This document shows, one piece after another, positions 1 through 7,206 of a stretch of 32,000 nt of DNA. Location of the stretch: NCBI GenBank assembly GCA_000830275.1, contig CP010424.1, forward strand, positions 480,001 to 512,000, given 5' to 3'. The notes under the pieces are model-generated. The model searched no databases, was not told where the DNA came from, and saw nothing but the letters and a program-made list of their open reading frames with translations. This stretch comes from an archaeon GW2011_AR10. Its GTDB lineage: Archaea > Iainarchaeota > Iainarchaeia > Iainarchaeales > GW2011-AR10. Both the position numbers and the translations under genes were made by a program. Every line of letters starts with the position of its first letter. The stretch's first letter is position 1.

Positions 1-3
1 TGT

Positions 4-408
4 TTGAAAAACGGAAAAATAATTTGGGAAAAGATGATGGACTTTGCTTTAGAGAATGGATTTGATTTCTTCAGGCTAATTTATTTTGACAAAAAAGAAT
101 TAGATAAAACGCTTTGGAAGTTTAAGGAGGAGGAAAAGAAAAGTAACTGGAAATGGTTCCTTGGCGGAAAGGATGGGTTTTGGTATATCGAAGGAAAACT
201 AACAGAAGAATCTGAAAAAGCATTGAAAGAAATGAAATGGAATGGATTCGGGTTTGTCAGAATTTATGTTTTTGACAAACAAAAAACCAAGCATATTCGA
301 TTAAACGCTGATAACTACATTTTTTTCAAAACACCCAACAAAAAAGAACAAAGCCTATTAAATGAAATCCTGAAACCACTGGGAAGCTCAAAACAATTAA
401 GTTTTTAA
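4..408 (+). CDS. Hypothetical protein. The frame is open to the window edge, so it may be 5'-truncated. It contains an internal duplication (NGFDFFRLIYFDKKE / NGFGFVRIYVFDKQK).
   Basis: ORF track. The tool start is TTG at position 4, and codon 1-3 is also open. I recognised no family motif. Confidence 0.4.
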   Translation: MKNGKIIWEKMMDFALENGFDFFRLIYFDKKELDKTLWKFKEEEKKSNWKWFLGGKDGFWYIEGKLTEESEKALKEMKWNGFGFVRIYVFDKQKTKHIRLNADNYIFFKTPNKKEQSLLNEILKPLGSSKQLSF

Positions 409-413
409 AATTA

Positions 414-1148
414 TTAACTGAATTTTTTCCTGAAAAATGCCACACAAGCAACAAAGCTTAATACTGTTACGAAAAATAATATCAGCAAACTGTACAATGG
501 ATCAAACTCATAATAAAGCCCCAACGAAAACCTCAACAAATCAAAAGTATACGTTAAGGGGTTCAACAATACAATTTGCTTTAAAATCAGGGGCATTTCC
601 TTTAAAGGCAAAAAAGCATTTGAAACCACTATTAGTGGAAAACTTGCTAACGCAACAATTGACTGGAATGAAACAGACCTCTCAATAACCAAAGCAATGA
701 TTAAAGAAGTGCAACCCAAATAAAAAGCTGTCAATGCAATTGAAGCCAGTCCAAACAACAAATTAAAATTTAGCTCCGGGCCAACAAAACCCAGCAACGA
801 AGAAGCTATTAATAAAATAATTGGAAAAATTACGATCATCATAGCAGAAAACAAAATACGGCCCAAAATGATTTCAGTGTTAGAAATCGGGGCTGCCAAA
901 ATTTCCTTGAAAGTCCCGAATTCCTTTTCAGTAACAAGCGTTAGACCAGCTGAGAAAGCAGGCAAATAAGCGCCAAGAACAATAAAGGTACTAATCAAAT
1001 AAAGGGTTGTAGAAGGCGAAACACTGTAAAAAAACAGGTAAAGAAAAACAATAAGCAATAAAGGAGTTAACACAAACGAAGCAAGCACCGCTTTAGCCCT
1101 GAACAACCTAATCAAATCGGAATAAATTATTGCAAATACTGCTCTCAT
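414..1148 (-). CDS. ABC-2 type transporter permease
   Basis: 244 aa with about six hydrophobic segments. Its start overlaps the stop of the upstream ATPase gene by 4 nt (ATGA at 1145-1148), the typical ABC-2 exporter pair layout. Confidence 0.75.
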   Translation of the reverse strand: MRAVFAIIYSDLIRLFRAKAVLASFVLTPLLLIVFLYLFFYSVSPSTTLYLISTFIVLGAYLPAFSAGLTLVTEKEFGTFKEILAAPISNTEIILGRILFSAMMIVIFPIILLIASSLLGFVGPELNFNLLFGLASIALTAFYLGCTSLIIALVIERSVSFQSIVALASFPLIVVSNAFLPLKEMPLILKQIVLLNPLTYTFDLLRFSLGLYYEFDPLYSLLILFFVTVLSFVACVAFFRKKFS

Positions 1149-1864
1149 CTATTCCCCCCCAGCAATTTCTCCAGCCCAGCCTTATTAATTTCTTTTTTAC
1201 TTAATACAGATAAAATTTTTCCATCCTTAAACACAATTACCCTGTCAGCCATTTTCACTGCCTCATCAATATCCTGTGTCACTAACAATACGCTTAAATT
1301 AAACTTCCTCTTCAATTCCGCAATGTAATCCCAAATTTTTAACTTAATTGAAGGATCCAAATTTATGGTAGGCTCATCCAGCAATAACAGTTTAGGTTTA
1401 TGAATTAATGCCCTAGAAATATCAAGTCTCCGCCTCATTCCCAAAGAATAAGTTTTAACCAGTTTATCAGCATAGTCATTTATTTCCATAAACCCAAGCA
1501 ACTCATGCGCCTGCTTTTCCAATTCCTTTTTTTCCACCCCATAAAGTATTCCATGAATCAGCAAAGTTTCCCTTCCAGTGTAAAAACCTTCAAGCACATG
1601 CTCCTGAAACACAACTCCTCTAATTTTTTTAGCAGACTGGTTGAAAGGTTTTACCCCCATAATTTCAGCCTGCCCCGAAGTAGGCTTGTCAACACCAGCA
1701 AAAATATTCAATGCAGTGGTTTTCCCTGAACCGTTCTTTCCCAAAAGCACTAAAAATTCGCCTTCCTTCAAAGAAAAAGACACATTATCTACTGCCTTTT
1801 TGTCCCCAAACTGCCTGCAAAGCCCTTCAGCCTTCAAAACAACAGAACTGCTTCTAACACCCAT
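1145..1864 (-). CDS. ABC transporter ATP-binding protein
   Basis: Walker A GKNGSGKT, ABC signature YSLGMRRRL and Walker B LLLLDEP. ATG start at 1864. Confidence 0.9.
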   Translation of the reverse strand: MGVRSSSVVLKAEGLCRQFGDKKAVDNVSFSLKEGEFLVLLGKNGSGKTTALNIFAGVDKPTSGQAEIMGVKPFNQSAKKIRGVVFQEHVLEGFYTGRETLLIHGILYGVEKKELEKQAHELLGFMEINDYADKLVKTYSLGMRRRLDISRALIHKPKLLLLDEPTINLDPSIKLKIWDYIAELKRKFNLSVLLVTQDIDEAVKMADRVIVFKDGKILSVLSKKEINKAGLEKLLGGNR

Positions 1865-1920
1865 TTTATCACTTAACTATTTTGCACTCCAAACTAATTA
1901 AAACCTATTCAAAAACCAAC

Positions 1921-1955
1921 AATGAGCTCCTCCCCCGCCTGAAGGCGGGGTATCC
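1921..1955. repeat. Conserved hairpin motif, copy A (aatgaGAGCTCc-tCCCCGCC-tgaa-GGCGGGG-tatcc)
   Basis: 7-bp G:C-rich stem (1933-1939 / 1944-1950) with a 4-nt loop, followed by a T-rich run at 1958-1968. It is near-identical to 12097-12132, with one compensatory base-pair change. Confidence 0.5.
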
Positions 1956-2131
1956 AAGTTTCTTTTTTAGCTAGAGTAATCCGCTATTGTTGTTTGCTCT
2001 GCTTGTCTTTTCACGTAATAAAAAATTCAGGAGGCTCAAAAAACAATGGATACAATAATCAACCGGATAATTGATTTGCATTCAACCATAGATATTTATT
2101 ATGGTATTTCAGCAACTGTATAATTAAGCAG

Positions 2132-4648
2132 GTGTCATGCTTGGGCCCATATTGCAAAATTTCTATTATTTTGTTATTTTCAATTTTGATTTTTACATCC
2201 GCTTCAGCACAGAATGAAAAAAAAGAAGATTCTCCTTTTCCGGTCACCATTGAAAAAGCAATTAGTACAACTGGTTGTTCTACAGCCCCTTATTTGGGAA
2301 GCCTTTCCTGCAGCACATCAAAAAGTACCTCCTCTTCTTTATCAAGTGCTGCAACAAAATGGCATAAATTGTATGCAAGCAGTTCAGGAACCTTAACAGT
2401 GAACCTAACCGGTCCAAGTTCTGCAGACTTTGACTTATACATTTATTCCTCCTGTAGCGGAAGTTGGATTTGTAGGCCGTATACTTGGAGCAGCAACGAA
2501 ACATGCAAAATCAGTGCAATCGCAGGCCGGTATTACTATATTGGAGTAAACAGTTATTCAGGTTCAGGCAGTTACTCAATAAATGCTTCCCTGTCCTGTA
2601 GCAGTTCGTGCACAAACGAATGCAGTTCAGGAGCAAAAAGGTGCAATGGCTCTTACTCTCAAACATGCGGAAACTATGATTCAGATTCCTGCTACGAATG
2701 GCCACCCTCAACTTCTGGAACAGGAAACACTTACTGTTCTTATGGATGCAACACAGGCACGGGGCAATGCTATTCTGCATTAACCACTTCAATATCCCCA
2801 ATCAATCCTACAGTGAATTCAGGTGTTACGCAAACATTCACTGCTTCCCCAAGCGGAGGAACCGGTAGCTATTCTTACAATTGGTCACTCTCTTCTTCTA
2901 CAAATTGCACTACCAGTAGTTCTGCTTCCAGTTCTTACTCAGTAACCTGTACTAATAGCGGTTCAAGTCAAATCAGCAGAACCGTAAACGTGACAATTAC
3001 AAGTGGATCACAAACAAAAAGTGCAAGCACTAATTTGTACATTAATCCTTCAACTCTAACTGTAAATGTAACTTCATATAGCGATAGTGTAGAAAATGAT
3101 TATCTGGGAAATATTCAATGGGAAACTGTTGGCAGCATCAGGGAAACAGGCGTTTATATTTCTTACAAAAGCGATAAAAGTGATGCTACAAAGATTATAG
3201 CCCCTCTGAACCGCTTTAACAAGTACGCAGCAATTCTTGCGCCAAAATACTGTTTAGGTTCATTAATGTATGCGAGAGCCTATATAATCGGCACCAACGG
3301 AGTAACCAAATACAGCGATTGGAAAAATATTTCATTAGCAGAATATTGTGCAGTTAGTGCTTCTGCAAAAAGCACAGATATTCCATTATATGATCAGAAA
3401 GAAGAATCTCCAGCAGACGCTATAACAAAAGCAATTAGTACAACAGGCTGCTCAACAGCCCCTTATTTGGGAAGCCTTTCCTGCAGCACATCAAAAAGTA
3501 CCTCCTCTTCTTTATCAAGCGGTGCAACAAAATGGCATAAAGTGTATGCAAGCAGTTTAGGAACCTTAACAACAACTCTTACAGGCCCCTCAGGAACTGA
3601 TTTTGACCTTTATGTTTACAATAGTTGTGGAAGCAGTTGGATCTGCAGGCCATATACTTCAAGTTCAAACGAAACATGCACCATAAATGCTTCTGCAGGC
3701 AGTTATTATTATCTTGGAGTAAACAGTTATTCGGGCTCAGGAAACTATTCCCTAAACTCAAGTTTGGCCTGCGCTAATGTTTGCAGCAACACCTCGCAAA
3801 CATGTTCAGATGCAATACTACCTTTTGATATAAGAGAGGTTGACCTTGCAGGCCTTGGCTGGTCAGGCATAAAGTTTTTCACAATAGGCAGCTGCCTTGA
3901 TGATGGCTGGCTTACTGTATGGTGTGCTTTTGATGTAGGCAGTACCGCCGTTATAATTGTTCCCGGGACAGAAATTACAGGTGCAGATTTTGCAGCAATC
4001 GGAACAAAGCTTGCCAAACTTGCCAAGAGCAACAAACTCCTTGTTGAAATCGGAACAACCACAAAACTGTCACAAACAGTAAGAAAAATAGAATTAACCG
4101 TGAACGGAATTAAATACTCAGTAGCAGGCAGCAAAATTACAAGAGGCGTAGAACTTGGCATAATGCAAGTTGACTTTATTGTAGGCGAAATAAGGACTTC
4201 CTTCAAATACCTAAGCGAATGGCTCCTAAAATACGGGGACACTGCAATTACAAGGCTCAAGGGATTAGGCGCAACAAATTATATGCTGGAAGTAGTGGTT
4301 AAGAAAGGCGGGAATTTAGACTTGACTTACCGTGTTACAAAAAGAGCTGATGTTGTTGGGGTTGTTTGGCTTGAAGAAGGAACCTCAGAGTGGGGTTGGA
4401 AGCATATTGTTTTAGGAAATCATCACACAGACATACAAAAAGTATTTGGTTTAACAAATTCAGATGCTGCGGTTAAAGATTTAATAAATGAAGCAGCAAA
4501 GAGCGGGATTAGAAGTTCTACTGACGCATATAAAATAACTATAAAAAAGTACAGCCCTTATTATGGAAAGGATTATTATTTAAGAGTAATAAACAAAGAT
4601 TTATCTGATACTGCAATAAAGACAGCATATCCCAGCCCAATACCTTAA
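2132..4648 (+). CDS. Secreted multidomain surface protein: signal peptide, PPC-like domain, Cys-rich module, Ig/FN3-like domains, second PPC-like domain, then an unassigned ~280-aa C-terminal region with a His-rich motif
   Basis: GTG start. Sec-type signal (K, then ISIILLFSILIF, then TSASA/Q). There are two copies of a domain with the pre-peptidase C-terminal (PPC) pattern (DFDLY..., YYY[IL]GVNSYSGSG.YS[IL]). An Ig-like segment carries GGTGSYSYNW. The C-terminus carries GWKHIVLGNHH. Confidence 0.8.
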   Translation: MSCLGPYCKISIILLFSILIFTSASAQNEKKEDSPFPVTIEKAISTTGCSTAPYLGSLSCSTSKSTSSSLSSAATKWHKLYASSSGTLTVNLTGPSSADFDLYIYSSCSGSWICRPYTWSSNETCKISAIAGRYYYIGVNSYSGSGSYSINASLSCSSSCTNECSSGAKRCNGSYSQTCGNYDSDSCYEWPPSTSGTGNTYCSYGCNTGTGQCYSALTTSISPINPTVNSGVTQTFTASPSGGTGSYSYNWSLSSSTNCTTSSSASSSYSVTCTNSGSSQISRTVNVTITSGSQTKSASTNLYINPSTLTVNVTSYSDSVENDYLGNIQWETVGSIRETGVYISYKSDKSDATKIIAPLNRFNKYAAILAPKYCLGSLMYARAYIIGTNGVTKYSDWKNISLAEYCAVSASAKSTDIPLYDQKEESPADAITKAISTTGCSTAPYLGSLSCSTSKSTSSSLSSGATKWHKVYASSLGTLTTTLTGPSGTDFDLYVYNSCGSSWICRPYTSSSNETCTINASAGSYYYLGVNSYSGSGNYSLNSSLACANVCSNTSQTCSDAILPFDIREVDLAGLGWSGIKFFTIGSCLDDGWLTVWCAFDVGSTAVIIVPGTEITGADFAAIGTKLAKLAKSNKLLVEIGTTTKLSQTVRKIELTVNGIKYSVAGSKITRGVELGIMQVDFIVGEIRTSFKYLSEWLLKYGDTAITRLKGLGATNYMLEVVVKKGGNLDLTYRVTKRADVVGVVWLEEGTSEWGWKHIVLGNHHTDIQKVFGLTNSDAAVKDLINEAAKSGIRSSTDAYKITIKKYSPYYGKDYYLRVINKDLSDTAIKTAYPSPIP
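2255..2602 (+). repeat. Internal repeat 1 (PPC-like domain, aa 42-157)
   Basis: Nearly identical at nucleotide level over its first ~145 nt to 3428 onward (offset 1173 nt = 391 codons). Confidence 0.85.
3428..3775 (+). repeat. Internal repeat 2 (PPC-like domain, aa 433-548)
   Basis: Same as repeat 1. AISTTGCSTAPYLGSLSCSTSKSTSSSLSS is identical in both copies. Confidence 0.85.
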
Positions 4649-4657
4649 CGTGGTTTT

Positions 4658-5071
4658 ATGGATTTTAAAAAATTATTGTTAAAGATAAAACAAAAAGTTC
4701 TTTTGACAAACTATTCTAAAGAACAGGAAGCTGAATTTGATATTTCAAAGAATAAAATAGTTTGTTTTTTACCCAATGTTTCTGTTTTTGATAATACTAT
4801 TAAAGCAAAAATAGGGGAACTTATTTGGGTGTCTTTTTTTTTACTGACTACTAACATGAAAAAAGTCAATAAATATTCAAATAAAATTGAAAAAATTAAT
4901 TCTTTTCATTACAACATTACCGGGGTTATAAAGGAGATTGATGGTGGGCGCGCTATAATTAATTGTGGCTTTCCAGTTTTAGTTGAAGTCCCAGCCAGTC
5001 TAAAAGTTATGGTTGGAGATTTTGTCAGCACAGAAGGAAGACTTGATGCATATTTAGTTAATAATAAATAA
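4658..5071 (+). CDS. Hypothetical 137-aa protein, a candidate cognate partner (immunity-like) of the upstream secreted protein
   Basis: ATG lies 10 nt after the stop of 2132..4648 on the same strand. It is AT-rich (line 4681-4740 has 15/60 G+C) and has no recognisable motif. Confidence 0.55.
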   Translation: MDFKKLLLKIKQKVLLTNYSKEQEAEFDISKNKIVCFLPNVSVFDNTIKAKIGELIWVSFFLLTTNMKKVNKYSNKIEKINSFHYNITGVIKEIDGGRAIINCGFPVLVEVPASLKVMVGDFVSTEGRLDAYLVNNK

Positions 5072-5340
5072 AATTCCCTGTAGATGTTGACAAACATGTA
5101 ACCGAAGCAGACGAAAACAACAACACAGCTTCAATCACAATCACAGTCTCCTAAAAAAAATCAACTTTCCAGTTGAATTCCAATCAACCCAACATATATT
5201 AATTCAGCAACCGCCAATATGAATGGAGAGAAACGATTTGGACTAATTTCTACATAACATAATTATAAAAAGTTTATTAATAAGAAAGTTATTAATAGTA
5301 GTAGAAGTAGTAGTTTATTAGTATTCAATTGTGATCCAAA

Positions 5341-5490
5341 ATGTTCACAAAAACCAAAGCAATTGAAAGGCCTTATTCCGAGGCTGAGCTTAAGGGGCTT
5401 GAAAAGGTTTTTGCAGAACTTAGGAAGGCTGGTCATAGCCCTAGTGTGAAAGCTTACCTTAGAAAGAGGAAAGCAGAATTAAAGGCTTAA
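5341..5490 (+). CDS. Small protein (49 aa), member 1 of a local three-member family
   Basis: Hand-translated: MFTKTKAIERPYSEAELKGLEKVFAELRKAGHSPSVKAYLRKRKAELKA. It shares MFTKT and ERPYS.A.L with the ORFs at 6403 and 6234. Its 3' end overlaps the convergent PIN gene by 12 nt. It is below the ORF-track length cutoff. Confidence 0.45.
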   Translation: MFTKTKAIERPYSEAELKGLEKVFAELRKAGHSPSVKAYLRKRKAELKA

Positions 5491-5964
5491 TTCGTTGAGT
5501 CTAATGAATCTCGGGGTATTCAACCCATTTTTTTCGTTGACCTTGTTGTAGGCCCTTAGACATGGTTTTGATTTCATTGTCCTGTCATCCTCAGAAACAA
5601 TGATATCAAGAGTGTGGATTGTTGCTGTTGCTACAATAAGAAAATCGGGCATAATTTTTCTCTTAGGAACCCCACCTTTATACTCTTTCCAGTATTCCTC
5701 TGCAAGAACATCGACGACCCTTTCAATTGGAAAGGAATGGTCTTTGACCAAACCATCATAAACTTGAAGAAGCAGGTTTCTGAAGCTCTTCCCATCATAT
5801 TTAACGCTTGGAGGAATATCCCTAAATTCATCCCTTATTATTTTACAACCATAAACAACAAGATTGCCCTTCTTGACGAGAGCCTTAACTTTAGAAAAAC
5901 CATTTTTCAAAAGAAACTCATAAGTGTTAGTGTCCAACATTACCCTTAACTGGCCACCCTGCAT
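5479..5964 (-). CDS. PIN-domain protein (VapC-like ribonuclease), paralog 1
   Basis: Acidic PIN tetrad context: MLDTN, IRDEF, DFLIVATA and IVSEDD. I place the start at ATG 5964 (MQGGQLRV...), not at the track start 6003. Confidence 0.8.
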   Translation of the reverse strand: MQGGQLRVMLDTNTYEFLLKNGFSKVKALVKKGNLVVYGCKIIRDEFRDIPPSVKYDGKSFRNLLLQVYDGLVKDHSFPIERVVDVLAEEYWKEYKGGVPKRKIMPDFLIVATATIHTLDIIVSEDDRTMKSKPCLRAYNKVNEKNGLNTPRFIRLNELSL

Positions 5965-5974
5965 GATAATTCTT

Positions 5975-6007
5975 GTGAAAAGAAAAGAATAAAAGACAGG
6001 CATTAAA
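5975..6007 (-). promoter_or_regulatory. Conserved 33-nt element upstream of PIN paralog 1 (minus-strand TTTAATGCCTGTCTTTTATTCTTTTCTTTTCAC)
   Basis: Identical 33-mer at 7058-7090. In both copies it lies exactly 10 nt upstream of the PIN ATG. The TTTAAT box sits about 40 nt upstream of the ATG, consistent with an archaeal TATA promoter and a short leader. Confidence 0.45.
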
Positions 6008-6102
6008 TAAACCGCCTAACAATCATCTGACATCAGGAAGGTTACTGCTTCTGCATTGGCAACAACCCAAACGCGGCCTTTTACTATTATTCCTTTCCTG
6101 AT

Positions 6103-6143
6103 TTCTGCGAACAAGTATTGCATTGTTTTTTAAAGGCTTTTTT
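6103..6143. promoter_or_regulatory. Repeated intergenic motif, copy 1 (ttctgcgaacaagtattgcattgTTTTTTAAAGGcttttt)
   Basis: 41 nt identical to 7124-7164, and the 25-nt core is identical to 9480-9504. It contains a TATA-like TTTTTTAAAGG. Confidence 0.45.
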
Positions 6144-6233
6144 CGAATTTATAAATAGGAAACCAAAAATTTTATATAGAAAAAGAGAGAATAATTATGT
6201 TATTTCACAATAAGGGAAAGAGAAGCGATTGGA

Positions 6234-6398
6234 ATGTATTCAAAATCTGAGACTGTTGAAAGACCTTATTCCAAGGCGGATTTAGCCAAAGCTAGAAAGT
6301 TGGTTGCAGATATTAGGGAAGCCAAAAAAGACCCAGAAGTTATTAAAGCAGCAAAAGAATTCTACAAATACCATACTGGTAAAAATTTTAAGGTGTGA
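6234..6398 (+). CDS. Small protein (54 aa), family member 2
   Basis: Hand-translated: MYSKSETVERPYSKADLAKARKLVADIREAKKDPEVIKAAKEFYKYHTGKNFKV. It shares ERPYS with member 1 and AKKDP...EF..YHTG with member 3. Confidence 0.45.
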   Translation: MYSKSETVERPYSKADLAKARKLVADIREAKKDPEVIKAAKEFYKYHTGKNFKV

Positions 6399-6402
6399 TG
6401 AA

Positions 6403-6570
6403 ATGTTTACAAAAACAATTGAAAAGCCGAAAAGCCCGGCATCTGCTAAAACTTCAAATAGACACCATTCCAGCAAAGATTTCTGGAATAAAGTCCATAT
6501 GGCAAAAAAAGACCCTAATTTCAGGGCTTTCATTAAGGAATTCGTTGCCTATCATACGGGTTCAAAGTAG
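6403..6570 (+). CDS. Small protein (55 aa), family member 3
   Basis: Internal ATG of track ORF 6304..6570: MFTKTIEKPKSPASAKTSNRHHSSKDFWNKVHMAKKDPNFRAFIKEFVAYHTGSK. It starts 4 nt after the stop of member 2. Its 3' end overlaps the convergent PIN gene by 9 nt. Confidence 0.45.
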   Translation: MFTKTIEKPKSPASAKTSNRHHSSKDFWNKVHMAKKDPNFRAFIKEFVAYHTGSK

Positions 6571-7047
6571 TTTCCAGAATTTTTCAATAGAAAAGAAAGC
6601 GGGCTCCCGCAACTGGTTTCTTGCATTTACAGCAGTATAGGCTTTTACAGCGGGCCTGGAAATCATGGAATCGTTGTCTTCTGAAACAATGATGTCCAAA
6701 TCATGTATGCTAGAACAAGCGACTATAAGAAAGTCATTCCACATTTTCCTTTTTGATATTCCGCCCCCATATTCCCGCCAATACTGCTCTGCAATATTCT
6801 CAATGACCGGACTCAAGTAGTAGTCTTTTTTCACAACCCGGTCATAAGCGCCTAACAGGAGACCCCTGAAGTTCCTATTTCCATACTTCAGCTTTTTCGA
6901 AGTGTCTCTTAGCTCTTTCCTCACTACATCAAAACCATAAATTGTTACTTTGGTTGTTTCTTCGGCCTTCTTCAGGATAGACTCATCTTTTTCAAAGAAG
7001 AGCCCGTAAATGTTTGTGTCTAGGATTATGCGAAATCGCTTTTCCAT
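6562..7047 (-). CDS. PIN-domain protein (VapC-like ribonuclease), paralog 2
   Basis: ILDTN, VRKEL, DFLIVACS and IVSEDN motifs. I place the start at ATG 7047 (MEKRFRIILDTN). Confidence 0.8.
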   Translation of the reverse strand: MEKRFRIILDTNIYGLFFEKDESILKKAEETTKVTIYGFDVVRKELRDTSKKLKYGNRNFRGLLLGAYDRVVKKDYYLSPVIENIAEQYWREYGGGISKRKMWNDFLIVACSSIHDLDIIVSEDNDSMISRPAVKAYTAVNARNQLREPAFFSIEKFWKLL

Positions 7048-7057
7048 GACAAAACTA

Positions 7058-7090
7058 GTGAAAAGAAAAGAATAAAAGACAGGCATTAAA
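7058..7090 (-). promoter_or_regulatory. Conserved 33-nt element upstream of PIN paralog 2
   Basis: Identical to 5975-6007, with the same 10-nt spacing to the ATG. Confidence 0.45.
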
Positions 7091-7123
7091 AATCGCCTCT
7101 TTTTGTTTTCTCATTTCCTCTAC

Positions 7124-7164
7124 TTCTGCGAACAAGTATTGCATTGTTTTTTAAAGGCTTTTTT
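7124..7164. promoter_or_regulatory. Repeated intergenic motif, copy 2
   Basis: Identical to 6103-6143. The TATA-like box lies about 55 nt upstream of the GTG start at 7207. Confidence 0.45.
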
Positions 7165-7206
7165 TGAGTTGTTAATTATTAAAACTCGTTTTTGAGAATG
7201 GTTTAA

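Noticed and set aside
2046-2123. 25-aa upstream ORF (MDTIINRIIDLHSTIDIYYGISATV) with AGGAGG 11 nt upstream, ahead of the large secreted protein.
   Set aside because: It is too short to evaluate, the spacing is suboptimal and no paralog is present in the window. It could be a leader peptide, but there is no support.
5071-5154. Coding-looking stretch without a start codon (KFPVDVDKHVTEADENNNTASITITVS*) downstream of the immunity-like ORF. I considered it an orphan gene remnant.
   Set aside because: It is only 27 codons with no start, no match to the upstream protein's C-terminus and no frame-conservation evidence.
5965-6003. N-terminal extension MPVFYSFLFT... given by the ORF track for both PIN genes (also 7048..7086).
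   Set aside because: The identical peptide is a by-product of the identical 33-nt upstream DNA element. The PIN core (LDTN) begins right after internal ATGs at 5964 and 7047, and the extension is hydrophobic and atypical for PIN proteins.
6016-6123. Minus-strand mini-ORFs starting MQYLFAE upstream of each PIN gene (6016..6123, 35 aa; 7055..7144, 29 aa), considered as upstream antitoxins.
   Set aside because: The two peptides agree only for the seven residues encoded by the repeated DNA motif and then diverge completely. The same motif occurs at 9480-9504 with no PIN gene nearby. The shared part is therefore more likely non-coding.
6304-6402. Upstream part of track ORF 6304..6570 (MQILGKPKK...), and ORF 6395..6640.
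   Set aside because: 6304..6402 overlaps the better-supported small gene 6234..6398 in another frame. The family-conserved MFTKT start at 6403 is preferred. ORF 6395..6640 runs antisense into the PIN gene.
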